A stretch of 64,000 nucleotides of DNA from NCBI GenBank assembly GCA_023920165.1, contig CP089275.1:1674001-1738000 (forward strand). Direction: 5' to 3'. Position numbers and translations under genes: made by a program. This DNA comes from Curvularia clavata. Its lineage: Eukaryota. Positions 1 to 13,294 of this stretch are shown here, one piece after another. Positions within the stretch are counted from its first letter, which is position 1, and every line of letters starts with the position of its first letter. The notes below the pieces were generated by a model. It was not told the DNA's origin, ran no database searches, and worked only from the letters and a program-made list of their open reading frames with translations.

Positions 1-788
1 ATAAGGGACTGGCCGGCCAAGGACACCATACCCAATGCTTCAACGCTTTCTAGCTCGACCAAAACGAACGTCATGCCTTTGACAATGGATACAATAGGGA
101 AGTCGTTGACTACCTTGATCTTTCCTTGCTGGTGAGCTTCTGCCAGTCGAGGCTGTAGTCCGAAGAGAGATTCGCTGCTGAATCTTTTGTTGTGAACATG
201 ACTAAACTGGTTAGCCTGTGTGGACGGGAGTGCACTAAGTTGACATTGACAGGTGAAACAGAGACAGGAGTAGCATGTTGTCGAGCAGAAAGATCAAGAA
301 GAACAGCCACGCCATCCACTTCGTACAAACATACATGTTCCCCTTTAACATGAACACAAGAAGAAACCAACGTACACATCGTGAGGTATTGCGGCCTTTG
401 CCGTCCTCTTCGCTACATCGTATTGTAGCCGTACTAGTCCAGCCTTCAAGTTGAACTTGGCATCGATGACGCCGCTTTCAATTCCACGAGCTTTCGCAGT
501 TCGGTCTAGGACATAACACGCCGTACCCACAGTAGGATGTCCTGCAAACGGCAGCTCCCGCGAAGTCATAAAGATGTCGACATTCCAGATGAGAGCATCC
601 ACGCCCTCTGCATTCTCATGCAAGAAGCTTGTCTCAGAGAGATTGAACTCGCGAGCAATGGTCTGCTTCTGTTCCTGGGTTATTGTACTGCCGCTGGGTA
701 CGTGCACGATGGCTAGCGGGTTGCCCTGGTAGGGCGTCGAGGTAAAAACGTCAACCGTGACAAAGTCGAACTGGGTATTTGTCGCCAT
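1..788 (-). CDS. PhzF/phenazine-biosynthesis-like (diaminopimelate epimerase-like) protein, 3' part runs off the window
   Basis: ATG at 788 gives MATNTQFDFVTVDVFTSTPYQGNPLAIV...EFNLSETSF...ELPFAGHPTVG, which are PhzF motifs. Intron about 375-203 (GTACGT...GCTAAC...TTTAG). The next exon reads HVHNK...FPIVSIVKGMTFVLVEL to the window edge. Confidence 0.9.
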
Positions 789-3784
789 TGTATAAGGAGG
801 TGGCAATAAAAAAGTCACTGTATGGTAGATGTGACGGATGCACTGCGTGCTCTGACACACATTTGTAAAAAAGGTAGCTGCTGGGACGACATGACTAATC
901 CAGCATGCATGTACTATGTAGGGCGCACGATGACTCCTCAGCTCCACCTCCTCGCCTCAAAACTACCAACCCACGGAAATGCATCTCTGCTGCTCGGCAC
1001 GTGGTCATTCCTCTAAGCATTTCCGGGCATCTCCATCGGATTTGTCTCAATTCATGGTCTTGGTGACGTATAGTTGCCGTAAGAGACCGTCCAGAGCATG
1101 GCTGACCCGATTAGTATGGGTGCAGGTCTAGAAGGCACGACGAAGACCTAAGGGACCCGGCTTCCATTTGTGGTATTCAGCACAAGGCCTGTCTAGTTAT
1201 GTGGCCAAAAACCATGCTTTTGCTTTTTTTTGCATCTGAAGGGTCTGCTCAGCTACACTTGCCATACGGTATACGCCCTAGGAGACGCTAGAAGCAGTTA
1301 GCTCGACTAGACATGCAGCGCGCCCGCTGCCGGGAAGTCGGCCGAAGGACAGTTTTGCCTCGTTGGTGACTGGACTAAATAAGTTAAGCAGCGTTGAGTT
1401 CACATGGAGCGTTTGAAGAAGACACCATCATGGCTTCCCCTGAAGTTTGATGGCATAGATCAACCGTCATGTGTGACGACAGCAGGGTTAGTTTCTGGTA
1501 CCTTTTTTGGCCGGATGTAACTCCGGCAGTCTACGGCAGAGCGCGGTGCCCCTCCCTCCTTCACAATGTGGGGAAATCCGGCAATCAAGGTACGGTGGTG
1601 GTTATGGCGGATTCCGTGGCGACGGTAACATGGTGTTTGGAGGAAAGGGACCTAAGAATTAGTGTTTTCCTGGAATGCGCAGCAACTTGAGATGTTGCGA
1701 ATCCGAGTCCGGTGTGCGCTGTATGACGATGCAATGTACGTGTAAACGTGCTGTACAGCTGGCAAGAAAGATTTGCAGCTGGCTCAGCTCGCAGCTAGTG
1801 GAGAGTATCGTGAAGTGGTGCACGATGAAAGAAGGTTTTGGTGTTGCGACAATCACGTTCCTATCCAAATGAAGGGGGGGACCCCAGAAACTCTGACCAA
1901 CCAGAGACGGGGGCACGTTTGGGGTGGAGACGCAGAGAATGTTGAGCGTGGTGGTTCCTCACACGATCGCCCCGGAGATTATTACAACGGGCCACAGTGC
2001 GATGCAAACATGCAAGTTTGGCCGGGTGCGTCGTTCTGCGCCGGGCTTGTGCTTTTGACCAAGGCCGACGTCTGTATGATGAAACCGGCATTATGGCTGA
2101 CCTGACCTCATCCATTGATCGGATCTAGACAGCCGGTAAGATGGACTACTACACGTGCAAGCAGGTTGATTGGACTTTGCTACGGGCCATCCGATTCGCG
2201 AAGGGATGGAAGGCTCTCCCTCGATGAGTAGAAGGAGACGGAATAGACCCAGACGCCAGCTGGCTCAACCACGGGGCTGCGCTCTGGCTGTCTTGGGTTC
2301 CAGGATTGAGAAACACTGCGAATGAGATGATGAGGACGGTCCTTTGCATTGCGTTGGGATTGGGAGGGGGCGAAACACCTTTGACAATGCACTCTATGCA
2401 GCATTAGAAGTATTGTAGCTGGCCGGCAATTTCCATACAAGGCCATCGGACTCGGTCCGAAGGGACAGACCAAAAACGAATAGTGTGAGGGCACAGGGAA
2501 ATTGCAGAGCAGACGCGTCACGTAACTCGAGTATGCGGCTGATATTGGGGGGGTGCTTTTTTGTAAGAGAAGGCGCGTGGGGTGGGTCCTAGGTAGGTAC
2601 AAAAACGATTGTGCCAGACCATGACATGCTGGCTCAGCACGGGACGGTTTGGTGACGAGTTCGCATAGTCGCAGGAGCACGCCTGCAAGGTACAGGCTGT
2701 TTGTGGGTATGGTGGATATGTGGGATGCTATTGGCAGAACATGGTACGGGGGTCGACTCGAGGGTCCACGGTCAATGACACACGGCCTAGACCCGGCCGT
2801 TTAGCGTTGACAGTGGCTCGAGAGTAATAGAGGATCATGGTCTATAGTAGCATCCCATCAGCAGCATGATGCGTCTCGTCCGAGGTGCTTGCCAGCGGCG
2901 GCACCTGACGGGTGCATGCAAGTGGTGCGGTAAAAAGAGCAAAATGTTTTGGATTTTGTGATTGGTACGAGGGGTAAAAATGGGCGGGCGCTGAGTGGTG
3001 GGATGCGTCGATGGTATAGGGCGAGGGCTGCAGGCTGCATGTGTAGTGTGTAGTTGCTTGCTGCACGGCGCAGGATTGACACGGCCGCATGTGGTGCGTG
3101 GGGCAGAGGTTGCAGGGAAGCTAGAGCGACAAAGACAGAGCAACAGACAAAACAGTAGTTTGAGCTTGCGTCGACTCGGAGCAGTTGGGCAGACATTGCC
3201 ATGACTCGGGCGCACGAGGCTCTATCCAGCCGGAACGGCGGACCCTGGGGTGGGCAACTTGGCGCTGGGCCGGCCAGCTGGCCAGCAGTGGGTGGCAGGA
3301 TGTGAGTACAAGTACGGCGCTGATGACGGTGGCACACGGGGACGAGGCGTGCGGTTGGACGATGCGAGGAACGGGTGGGCGAGGATTTGTGGGCAGCGAC
3401 TGTGTACGAGAATGGGAGCAGATGCAGATGGACGAGCATGGGCGGCGCCGGGGCACAGTCGGCTTCCCTGGGAGGAAGCCACTAGCGCTCGGGGAAGCTG
3501 GACAGCCCCCTGTCACCACGCCACCGATGCAAGTGCGACCCGGGATGTGCCCGCCAGAAACAGAAGACTAGAGCAAACGCAAAAACCCTTTCCGTATACC
3601 TTTCCGCTGTCTTCTCCGTCTTAGACTCGCCTTTCCCCATTCCACCTCGACTCGACTCCTCCACCTCGCCCTCATTTATCCCCCTCGCGCCCACGCTGTG
3701 CCCGGTGACACGTCTAGACACCCTCTGGCCCTACCTGCCCTACTGCATCATTGGCGCGTGCATCTCCATCCCTAACCGCCTGAG

Positions 3785-3864
3785 CAGCAGCAACAACCAC
3801 AACAACAACAATAACAACCACCACCATCACCACCACCACCACCACCACAACAACAACAACCACC
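3785..3864 (+). repeat. Compound (AAC)n/(CAC)n trinucleotide microsatellite in the probable 5' leader of the next gene
   Basis: Directly visible: cagcagcaacaaccacaacaacaacaataacaaccaccaccatcaccaccaccaccaccaccacaacaacaacaaccac. Confidence 0.9.
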
Positions 3865-4210
3865 GCCCCGACACACATTCGTCATCAAGCCTCTGACTTG
3901 CTTCTTCCTCTTCCTCCTCCATCCCCGGGCCTCCATCGCCTCCATCTCTGCTCTTTCCTTTTCTCAGGCTCCGCTCCCGGCCGCCACGCATCTTGCTTCC
4001 CGTTACCAGCCATTTGGCCACCCCACCAACAAACCCCACGCCCACTCAGCTACGCTTCGCTCCACCCACCAGCGGCTAGCCACTGCACCTACTGCAGCTC
4101 CGACTGCGCTGGGACACGCACTCTAGTGTTGCGGCGTCGCCATCTGTCAAAAACAAACGACGCCCTAGACACCCTCACCGATCGTCACTTCACACTACAA
4201 AGGTCCCGCC

Positions 4211-5658
4211 ATGGCACCAAGTAGTCATTCACGCAACGCCTCGGACGAGTCCAACCATTCCTCCTCCATGGCTCACATTCTCGAGCACGTACTGCAGTAC
4301 CCGGGCAGCTATGACATCCCCCTCAAGACAATGTACGAACTGAACCGCGTGGACCGAGCCCACCCTGTACCCAAGGCCCTCTCCAGGTCCGGAAGCACCT
4401 CCCCTGTCAATGGCCAGTTTGCCTGGAATAGCGCCGAGGCTGCCTCCATGAGCTTCACCTCGTCGCTGATGAACCAACTCAAGGCCCTGCCCACCCGAAC
4501 TAGCGCCCTGCCCCCCGCCTTCATTGTCAACTTTGTCACCAGGACCTTCATGCCCGAGCCCTCCGAGGTCGACTGGAGCCAGGCCCTGACCGCCCTCGAC
4601 TACCTCAAGGACCTCGAGACCAGGCGGCGGCGCGAGATGGCTACTGCTTTCGAGGCTCTCAATGTTTACCGAGACACGTGGGAAGCCGACATGGCCCGTG
4701 TCGCCGAGACGGCACCCGGTATTGCTCTGTGGATCAACAACCTCGAGGGCAAAAACCGCAAGGCCGAGTCATACTACGCACAAATCTGGCTAGGTCTCCG
4801 TCGATGGGTAAGCATCACCTTGTACACTCCTCCGTCTTTGTTTACTATGCTGACAACAACACAAAGATCATGATCAACCATCTTTCGGACGACGAGTTCA
4901 ACAAACTCAACTGCATCAGCTATCTCAACACCCTATTTCCCCCGGTTCACAGCCAGATGAGGCTTCCCTCCCGGTTTCTGGATCATGAGACCCTCAAAGA
5001 AGAGCGCCGCGTCTTCTTCGACATGATCAGCCAGGTCCAGCGCAGGGGTCCTGAAGTGCTGCTACCCTTGATCAACCGGGACAAGCGCCCAGAAGATGCC
5101 ACTGGTTGGCCCTCTGTCCAGAGGGTCGTCGACAAGTACCTCCGCCTGGCCCAAAGCATGATCCAGGATTGCATGTCAACACATGGTCCAGAGTCATTTG
5201 ATCGTTACATGAATGGCCCTGGAAAAGACAAGAAGCACGACTCTGGTGTGAGCTTTGGATCCGAGCGCAGACCAAGCATAGGCTCGAGCCTCCACGAGAA
5301 TCCTGCGCTCGAGCCCACGGCAAACTATGCCCCATCCGTCAAAGGCCCGAGCAAGCTGGAGAGAATCACCCGCGAGTTTCGACGCATGCGTGTAAAGCCC
5401 CGGCCAGAAGTCGAGGAGATCACGCGCATCAAGGAGCGAGACGCTGCCGACTTTGTATCCTCAACTGGCGACAATGCCGGAAAAAAATCGCTCAAAAAGG
5501 CCCGGTCGCTAGCAAGCCTCAGGTTCGGCAATGGTAGCACGGCTTCTCTGTCGAGCAGAAAGGGCAGCGATACCGTGCCCTTTGATGCAGACGAGATGAA
5601 GAAGCACCGTTTGATGTATGAGGCTTCCGTTAGCAAGAAGACTAGTGGCCAAAGCTAG
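4211..5658 (+). CDS. Uncharacterised fungal protein (about 462 aa), 2 exons
   Basis: Exon 4211-4807, intron 4808-4866 (GTAAGC...CTGAC...AAG), exon 4867-5658. The splice joins the two ORF-track ORFs in frame, and codon usage is coding-like. I do not recognise a domain. Confidence 0.85.
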
Positions 5659-6658
5659 GCGATTCACAGGCCGCTTACGATTTCATTACGATATTTCACG
5701 ACGAAAACCGTCCGTTCACAGGTCAACATGATATTGTCCGGACCTCAACCCGCACGCTATCCATACCATTATGCAAGGAGGCAACCTGCGCTGAACAGCA
5801 CACAGGTTGCGCGTCTTTTGTTTTTTTGTTAACTCATTCTGTTAGTATTTGGTCGGCTTTTTGTTTTTTTGTTTTTTTTTACGGGGCATGGAAATATTGG
5901 CCGAAGTGCTGACTGCGGTCCTGTTTCCATCACCTCTGGGTCTAGCGGGCGTTATCAGAAGCATCTTCATCCTTTGCGGGTCAAAATTTTTTCTCTCTTC
6001 CTCCTTTCGTGTTAGTACGCAAGGGGTCATGTGGCTACGATGGATAAAGCATGGTGTTCAGGAACAGGGTGCATCGTAATGGCGCAGTAACATATATTCG
6101 TTTTGGGTGGCTATATTGCTTTTCTTCGCAGGATGTACATTAACAGGGAGGCATAAACCTGATTCAAGGCTGGACCACGCTTCACACATGGGAAAGGTTT
6201 AGTGCAACGTTGCAATCGACTCGAGCACGTTTCGAGTAATGAAAAAGATATCTACCACTATTAAACATGCTCCATTAATATGCCTCTTTGCGTCTAGTAG
6301 TCATGGCGATCCGGCGGCCGGCCTTCCTAATACAAACAGCCTCGCAGTTGGGTGCCAAGAGTCAGTGGGTAGACGTCACGATAACAGCCGTTTGGGACGT
6401 AAAGTTTGTTTTGTAGGAATCGGACGACACAGCGACTCAAGACCCTGGCTGGACCAAAGTTTGTTTTATCGTCACGCAGACGATGAAGCGTATTGTTCCC
6501 ACATGCATGTGCAGCCCCAGAATCAGCCAGCCAGGGTAAGGCGACGCGCTACGCCTGCAGCCCCGTCTCGAAAGGGATGGCCGTTGCAACATCAACAAAC
6601 TACGGCCTTTTTCTCCACAGGCGTCTGTACGCGAGGGCGCTGCACCACCCAGGATAGG

Positions 6659-7629
6659 ATGAACGTCGACGACGCAAGCACCCCGGCTCCCTCTTCGTGC
6701 AATGCCGGCAATAATGCTGGCAGCCGATCGCGCGTAACTGTTCCGCCCGGAGAATCTACGTCCGCATCACGACAGCCGGCCGCCCCCAGGCGCACCTTTT
6801 TCGACCCCTGGAACTCGTCAGGTACAGGTCACCAGCGCGCCGAGAATCGCCTGGCGGGCTCGACGTCGTGGCGCTCCTCGCGCAACCTGAAGCTGGGCGA
6901 GCAATTCAAAGGCGGCTTGCATGGTGGCAAAAGAGTTGCCGACACGGTTGGCGCAGGCAGCGACGGCTCCACCAAGGGCCTCAGATCCGATGGCCAAAGA
7001 AGTCTTGCTGAGGTCTGGGGTGCGAGTAAAGCAAGCAAGGATGGGGGGAAGATAGTGTCAAACCGCAAGCATGTTGATGACGGGCAGACATGTGCACAAG
7101 GTACGCCTGTCCCCGCGTTGCCAATCAGAAACTCCAATCTGACTTGCACTCAGAGTCAGATCCAAGCTCAAATCATAATGCTTGTGAAGATACGCCCGTA
7201 ACTGTGGAGAAGCAGCTCTTTGTTGGCCTCTGTTTCTACCTTAACGGCTCCACTGCTCCACTGGTTTCAGACCACAAACTGAAGCAAATGCTATCTACTC
7301 ACGGAGCTACGCACTCTATCGCGCTAGGTCGACGAACAGTAACTCACGTTATCCTCGGCACCGTAAACACAAGAGGCGGCGCAGGCGGTGGTCTCGCCGC
7401 CACCAAGATCCAGAAGGAAATCGCCAAGACAGGCGGCAAGTTTGTTAAATTCGTGAATGCTGACTGGTGAGATGACTCCCATGTCCAAAGTGTAGTTATT
7501 CATGCTGACCATACCACAAGGGTCCTCGACAGTATCAAAGCCAATCGGCGTCTCCCGGAATTACACTACTCGCCACTTAGACTGGCGCAGCAGTCTCAGG
7601 GCAGTATTTTGAACTCACTGCGCAAGTAA
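6659..7629 (+). CDS. Stand-alone BRCT-domain protein (Rev1-type BRCT), 3 exons
   Basis: Exons 6659-7100, 7154-7466 and 7521-7629. LFVGLCFYLNGST...LKQMLSTHGA...VTHVIL...KFVNADWVLDSIKANRRLPE is a BRCT signature including the conserved Trp. Confidence 0.85.
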
Positions 7630-8990
7630 GAAATGGGAGACTAGAAAGAATAGCACTAAAAGACTCCTAATGCGTGAGCATTTTAGTCGAAAAAAGTCAC
7701 ATGGGTAAGTGAATGGTACATCTCAAATCCCCTAGCAGGAACATACATCTCCGACCGTCACGATGCCAAGCCTCTACAACTACATGACGGTATAAACGGT
7801 CCTGGCTAGGGCTGCGCCATCCTTGACGCGTTCTGGTGCTGTGAGCGTATACACTTAGCTTACAGGTTTCATCCTCGTTCTGTGTCTTGGACGTTGAACC
7901 TGAAGCTACGGCACGTCTCAATCAGACTGACGGCTGCGGCTTCCATCGCATCCATCTTTTCTCATACTCAACGTTCTGGATTTCCCGAACATACTTAGAT
8001 ACCCATCCATCCACCAAACCAATCAAATCAAATCTCCAGGTAGCTACCTAGCTATCTACCTTTCTTTTTTTTTCCCGTCCCACTCTGTACACCTAAGTAC
8101 ACTAGGATCTTGGAGACCATCGTCGTCCAGACTAGCCGCGCGCATCCGCCCGCTCGTCCAGCACAACAAATCACTATGCTGCCATCTCATTCGCGGGTAT
8201 ATGAATGGATCTTGGCTTGACAACCCCCGACGTCAAACTTTATCTGGCCATCTACGTTAAACAACACGACCGGGTTCCTGGGCTGAGCTGGCTGGGCCGG
8301 GTGCGCTCATTCCCGGGTTTCCTGAGGTGGAGGGTGGACCGTGGTACGGTGCTGTAGCTTGGTGCCGTGGATCGGAGGTGAGATGGTGTAGGCTTGGCGG
8401 AGAGCAACATGGAGAGAGAAAGGTATTGTGCCAAGAGTGAGGAACGAAACGAAGGTAAGAATTGGTGGGTAAGCAGGCGGTGGTGCCTCCGGGGGACAAG
8501 TATTGGAGCGGATTTTATTCATCGTGTGAATCCCGGGTTGTACACCTACGTCGTACGTACTCTTGTATACATGTTGCAGACCAATTGGCTTGCTTGGAGC
8601 TGCACAAAGTATATCTTGGGCTTCTCATACTCTTCACTATGCCCTGGTAATTAGTTATATGAAGAGTGACGTACCTCATCTATGTCATCTCATTCCATCA
8701 CATCACGTCACATCCCATCTCAGAGCTGAAACAAAGACGACGACGACAATGTCTGTTCCCATTTCCCCACACACTTCTCCTCACCTCCCCCGCAAATCTA
8801 GCTACTTCTCTCTCCACACTACCACCGTGCCACTCCAATTATGCTGTCACGGTCTTGACCCCACATCGCTGCTTTTCCTCCGCCTCTTCCAATGCCCTGT
8901 GGCTTTCTTTTCTTTTTCTTCGGCCAAGCCGCGCGCTAAGCTGTTCAGTTTGGTATGCCCAGGCAGACAAGTCTAGCCCCAAGGCTGTGT

Positions 8991-8992
<2 letters not shown>

Positions 8993-9038
<46 letters not shown>
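8993..9038. repeat. (GT)23 dinucleotide microsatellite
   Basis: Directly visible perfect repeat. Confidence 0.97.
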
Positions 9039-9040
<2 letters not shown>

Positions 9041-10053
9041 AAGGAATGGAAGGGAGGCTGTATTTGAGATTATTGGGGTTCTCTTTCCTAAGAAAGGGTA
9101 GTAGATACTGTGTGTGTGTGGGAGGCTTGTATCTTGAACAGTACGTTCCTTTATTTTCACTTTTTCTTGCGTAGAAGCTATGTGTTTGGTGAGGCACAAA
9201 ACAAAGAGATGCAGAGGAGGGGAGGGAAGGGAAGGAAGGGGAAAGGTGGACATGACGGTTTGGGATTTGGGGTTTGGGGCTTAGGTGCAGGGTTTAGTTT
9301 GTGACTTGTGCAATGAGTGTTTTCGCGTTTAGAAAAATAAAGGTAAACGAAAATAAAGCAAAGACAAAAATGAACGGTGAATATGCCACGGTGTGCAACG
9401 GTCAAGTTTGTCATGGCGTCTATGGTTGAATAGCAGGGTGCTGTGGGTGTATTTTCTTCTGACGGGAGGGGAAGGGACGAAAAGAATAAATGTACAGGGT
9501 CACTGGCATAAGGGATACTAGTTTTTCTTTTCATGTGCATATGATGAATGTGTAGAGTTTGGGTGGAGATTCGTTGGCAGAGCTGCCACAGGGATGCAGA
9601 GGAGGGAGGAAGACGCGAAGTCATGTTTTGAATATATGCACATGTGGGTGACGAGGAAAAAAAAAGGACGCCCTCGTTATCGGCTATGTGATGAGAACCG
9701 AAATGTGGTTTCACATGTACAGACACCAAACATAAGGCTGCTTGCTTTTTTCTCGCATTAAAACACCCGATCGTGATTGGTACAGGGACAGAATATTTCT
9801 TTGCTCGACATGATATCAGAATACTGTCTGCACACATCTGTGATAAGATATCCTTCATTTCAAACAATAGAAGCCACGTGTGAAGATGAACGCATTATAT
9901 TGTATAGCCCATAAAACCAGTTTAGTGTGCACTTCCTGTGCAACACATTACTGTAGACGCCATTTGCCCGTCGGTATCACAGTCCCATAAACGCCTCTTT
10001 CTGTTCTTTAGCCCTGAATTGTTTTTTCACATCCTCATCCGCTACGCTTAACA

Positions 10054-11388
10054 TCAACCAGCAGTCCTGGGCTTGGACTTGGCGTCCTTCTTCGCCTTTG
10101 CACTCTCCTTCTGTTTCTTTTTCTTCAGCTCGAGTTTCTCCTCGGCTTTGCGCTTCAGCGTCGCCTTCTCTTCGGCCGTCTTCTCAATCGGCTTGAAGAA
10201 ACCCTCTAGCCTGCTCTGTTGCGCCGTCTTCATATTCTTCTGCAACTTGGCTGCGCCATTTCGCACTCTGTCCTCGTTGAAATGCTTCTCTTCTACCAAG
10301 AACTTAACAAGTCCCTCGACATCTGGCGCCTCCCACTTGAAGTCACACTCAGGGGCGTCGGCAGGGAGGACGTCGGGCTCTAGGAAGAGGAGTCGGGCGT
10401 CGGCGAATGGCCAATCGTCGGGGATGGTGAGCTTCTTCGAAGATTGTGATTTAATGTGCTCGACTACGCCTTCGAGGTCCTTGTGCTCGCGGATGAGCTT
10501 AAGAGCGGTGCTAGGACCGATGCCCTTGATGGGATCGAGGTAGTCGCAGCCGAGGAGAATGCAGAGATCAATAAACTTGACACTCATTAGTATAGAATGA
10601 CTCGGCGACAGGGATGGTCATACCTGTTTTTGATCCATCTCCAAGCCCTCAAGCACCTTGTCTAGATGGATTTCTAGAATAGGCTCCTTGCGCTGCTCGC
10701 TAAAAGTCAAATGGCGGAGCAGAATTGGAGAAGCAAATGTCAGGGTGTCCATATCCTCTGATGCAGCAGCATACACCTTGCCTCCCTTCGCCAGCACAGC
10801 GCATTGGGCCTCAGCTTCAGTTGGCGCAACAATGTACGGGATGCCCATAAGTTTGAGCAGCCGCTGGCACTCCTCATTGTGCTCCCTCGTCACCCTGACT
10901 GTCCGTCGCGAGAACTTCTCAACATCTTCTGCTGTGCCCGTCTCCTTTGCCTCCTCGGCTGCAGCTTGTGCTTCGGTCTTGCGCTGGAAGCGCTTTGCGA
11001 GCTCGCCGGATTTGAGCTTGGGTGGAGCACCGTCGAACACGTAGAGGGGTTTGATGCCGTTGTCGACCATGCGCATCGTGCGGTAGAAGAGACCCATGAG
11101 ATGAGATGTGGTTTCACCCGTTTCGCTCATGAGTTGCTGGCCATCGGAACGGACTGCAATGAGGAAGCTGTAGATGCTCATAGATCTACACACAATGTCA
11201 GGTTTCGTCATTCATGGGAGTTGGTATAGGCATACGCATCCTGACAAAGTTAATAGTGGACATGGACTAGACAGTTGTGGTGAACGTACTATGGCAACTT
11301 TGCGACCAAACTGATTCTTGATCTCGCCTTTCTTAATCGCATCCGGTGTGTGCTCATCGATGAGCTGGTAGAGGTGTTTGATACCCAT
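10054..11388 (-). CDS. FEN1: Flap endonuclease 1 (Rad27), 4 exons including a 5-nt micro-exon
   Basis: [10 protein letters not shown]...[40 protein letters not shown] and LGCDY motifs, plus a C-terminal PIP box QSRLEGFF. Exons about 11388-11290, 11240-11236, 11185-10624 and 10576-10054. Confidence 0.98.
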
Positions 11389-11510
11389 TGCGACTGGCTA
11401 TCGTGTACAGTACGTTGCTTTGTATGGGTTTGGGGGTCTCAACCAGTGGTGTTGAGTGTGAAAGCATAAGCAACTGCGGGAGGCTGAAAGGTGACGCCAA
11501 CGATCGTCAC

Positions 11511-11525
11511 GTCGCGTCCGCGTCG
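11511..11525 (-). promoter_or_regulatory. Tandem MCB-like (ACGCG) elements upstream of FEN1
   Basis: The minus strand reads GACGCGGACGCGAC about 125 bp upstream of the FEN1 ATG. RAD27 is a known MBF/G1-S target in yeasts. The motif is short, so support is weak. Confidence 0.35.
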
Positions 11526-11864
11526 TCTGGCGCGCAATCACGGCAAGCATTGCTTGGCATCATTACCCCACATATTGCCCGTAATGGCCTAATGAGGCTC
11601 TGCAGAGTGCATAGGGCACAAGGGCACCCTGCACGATATCAGAGACATTAGCAACCACCTGCATGTTTATGTAAAGCGGCCGCCGCATGCTTGACGTGGT
11701 GATGGGTGCTCTCGCCACCGCGGAGTGTCTCCGAACCGCGGCTACTTCGACTGTGGGGTTTCCGAGGCCAAACTGACCCGATGGCGGATAACGTCTCCTC
11801 TTCGGATATAACAATTACCACATCCTTCTGAATCTTTGTGCAACTGCAATACGTCGCTTCAAAG

Positions 11865-13294
11865 ATGCTTCGCCCGGTATACAGACATGCTTCAAGCCAA
11901 CTGCGTGCCCCATTCCGGGCTACGGCCATCGGAAAGCGGTACATGCATGCTCCCGCGCCTTTTGACTGGCAAGACCCATTGAAAGCAAATGACTTGTTGA
12001 CTGAGGAAGAGCAAGCCATTTCAGAGACAGCAGAGTCATATTGCCAAGAACGCATGCTTCCAAGAGTACTAGGTACGCGAATTGGACAACTCACCTCTGC
12101 ACCCAGCTGACGTACTATCCAGAGGCATACCGCAATGAGGATTTTGACAGAAAGATCATTCAAGAGATGGGCGAGCTCGGCCTGCTGGGTGCAACTATCA
12201 AGGGCTATGATTGTGCCGGCGTCAGCAGTGTTGCCGGAGGTTTGATCACGAGAGCAGTTGAAAGAGTTGACTCAGGGTACCGCTCGGGCTACTCTGTCCA
12301 GAGTTCGCTCGCCATGGGGGGTATTGAGGAGTTTGGCTCTGAAGAACTCAAGGAACGCCTTCTGCCAAAGATGGCAAAGGGCCAGTTGCTGGGTTGCTTT
12401 GGTCTTACTGAGCCCAATCACGGATCCGACCCTGGATCCATGGAGACGGTTGCAAAAGAGCACCCGTCAAAGAAGGGCTACTACTCGCTATCTGGGTCAA
12501 AGACATGGATCACAAACTCGCCTATTGCTGACGTCCTGCTCGTATGGGCCAAGCTAGAAAGCACAGGCAAGATTCGCGGCTTTGTGATTGAGCGAGACCA
12601 GTGTCCACCAGGTACTCTTGAAACCCCGGCAATCAAGAACAAGAACGGTCTGCGAGCTTCCATCACTGGCATGATTCAGCTCGATGAGTGTCCGGTGCCT
12701 GAGGCAAATATGTTCCCAGACGTAGAGGGGCTGAAAGGGCCGTTTAGCTGCCTAAACTCTGCCAGATACGGCATTGCATGGGGTACTATGGGTGCCTTGG
12801 AAGACTGCATTGCTAGAACACGGACATATGCGCTAGAGCGAAGGCAGTTCAAGAACAATCCCATTGCCAAGTACCAGCTTGTGCAGAAGAAGCTGGCTGA
12901 TGCGACAACGGATGCTGCGTATGGAATTCTCGCAGCTCACCAGGTTGGACGACTCAAGGACGAGGGCAAGGCTGCACCAGAGATGATTTCCATGATCAAG
13001 AGACAGAACTGTGACCGTGCCTTGGTCAACGCTCGGACGTAAGTTACCCCCCAAACCATGTGCACAGCATAGATTGACGGTGGCTAGGCTCCAAGAAGTT
13101 TTTGGCGGAAACGCAGTGTCTGATGAGTATGGCATTGGACGGCACGTTGCCAATCTGTTTGTGACACAGACATACGAGGGACAGAGCGACATCCACTGTA
13201 AGTTTTTACGTATCAGGCATGCTGGAACACGGGCTAACTCTGCATAGCGTTGATTCTCGGTCGGGCCATCACTGGTCTGCAGGCATTCTGTTGA
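11865..13294 (+). CDS. GCDH: Glutaryl-CoA dehydrogenase, mitochondrial, 4 exons
   Basis: Arg-rich presequence, then [59 protein letters not shown] and [13 protein letters not shown]. Three canonical introns. Divergent from FEN1. Confidence 0.96.

Noticed and set aside
203..377. GTGTACGT at the PhzF donor suggested a [D2,3] stwintron
   Set aside because: A single intron starting at GTACGT already restores the expected PHDVHVH frame, and I see no matching internal acceptor plus reconstituted donor.
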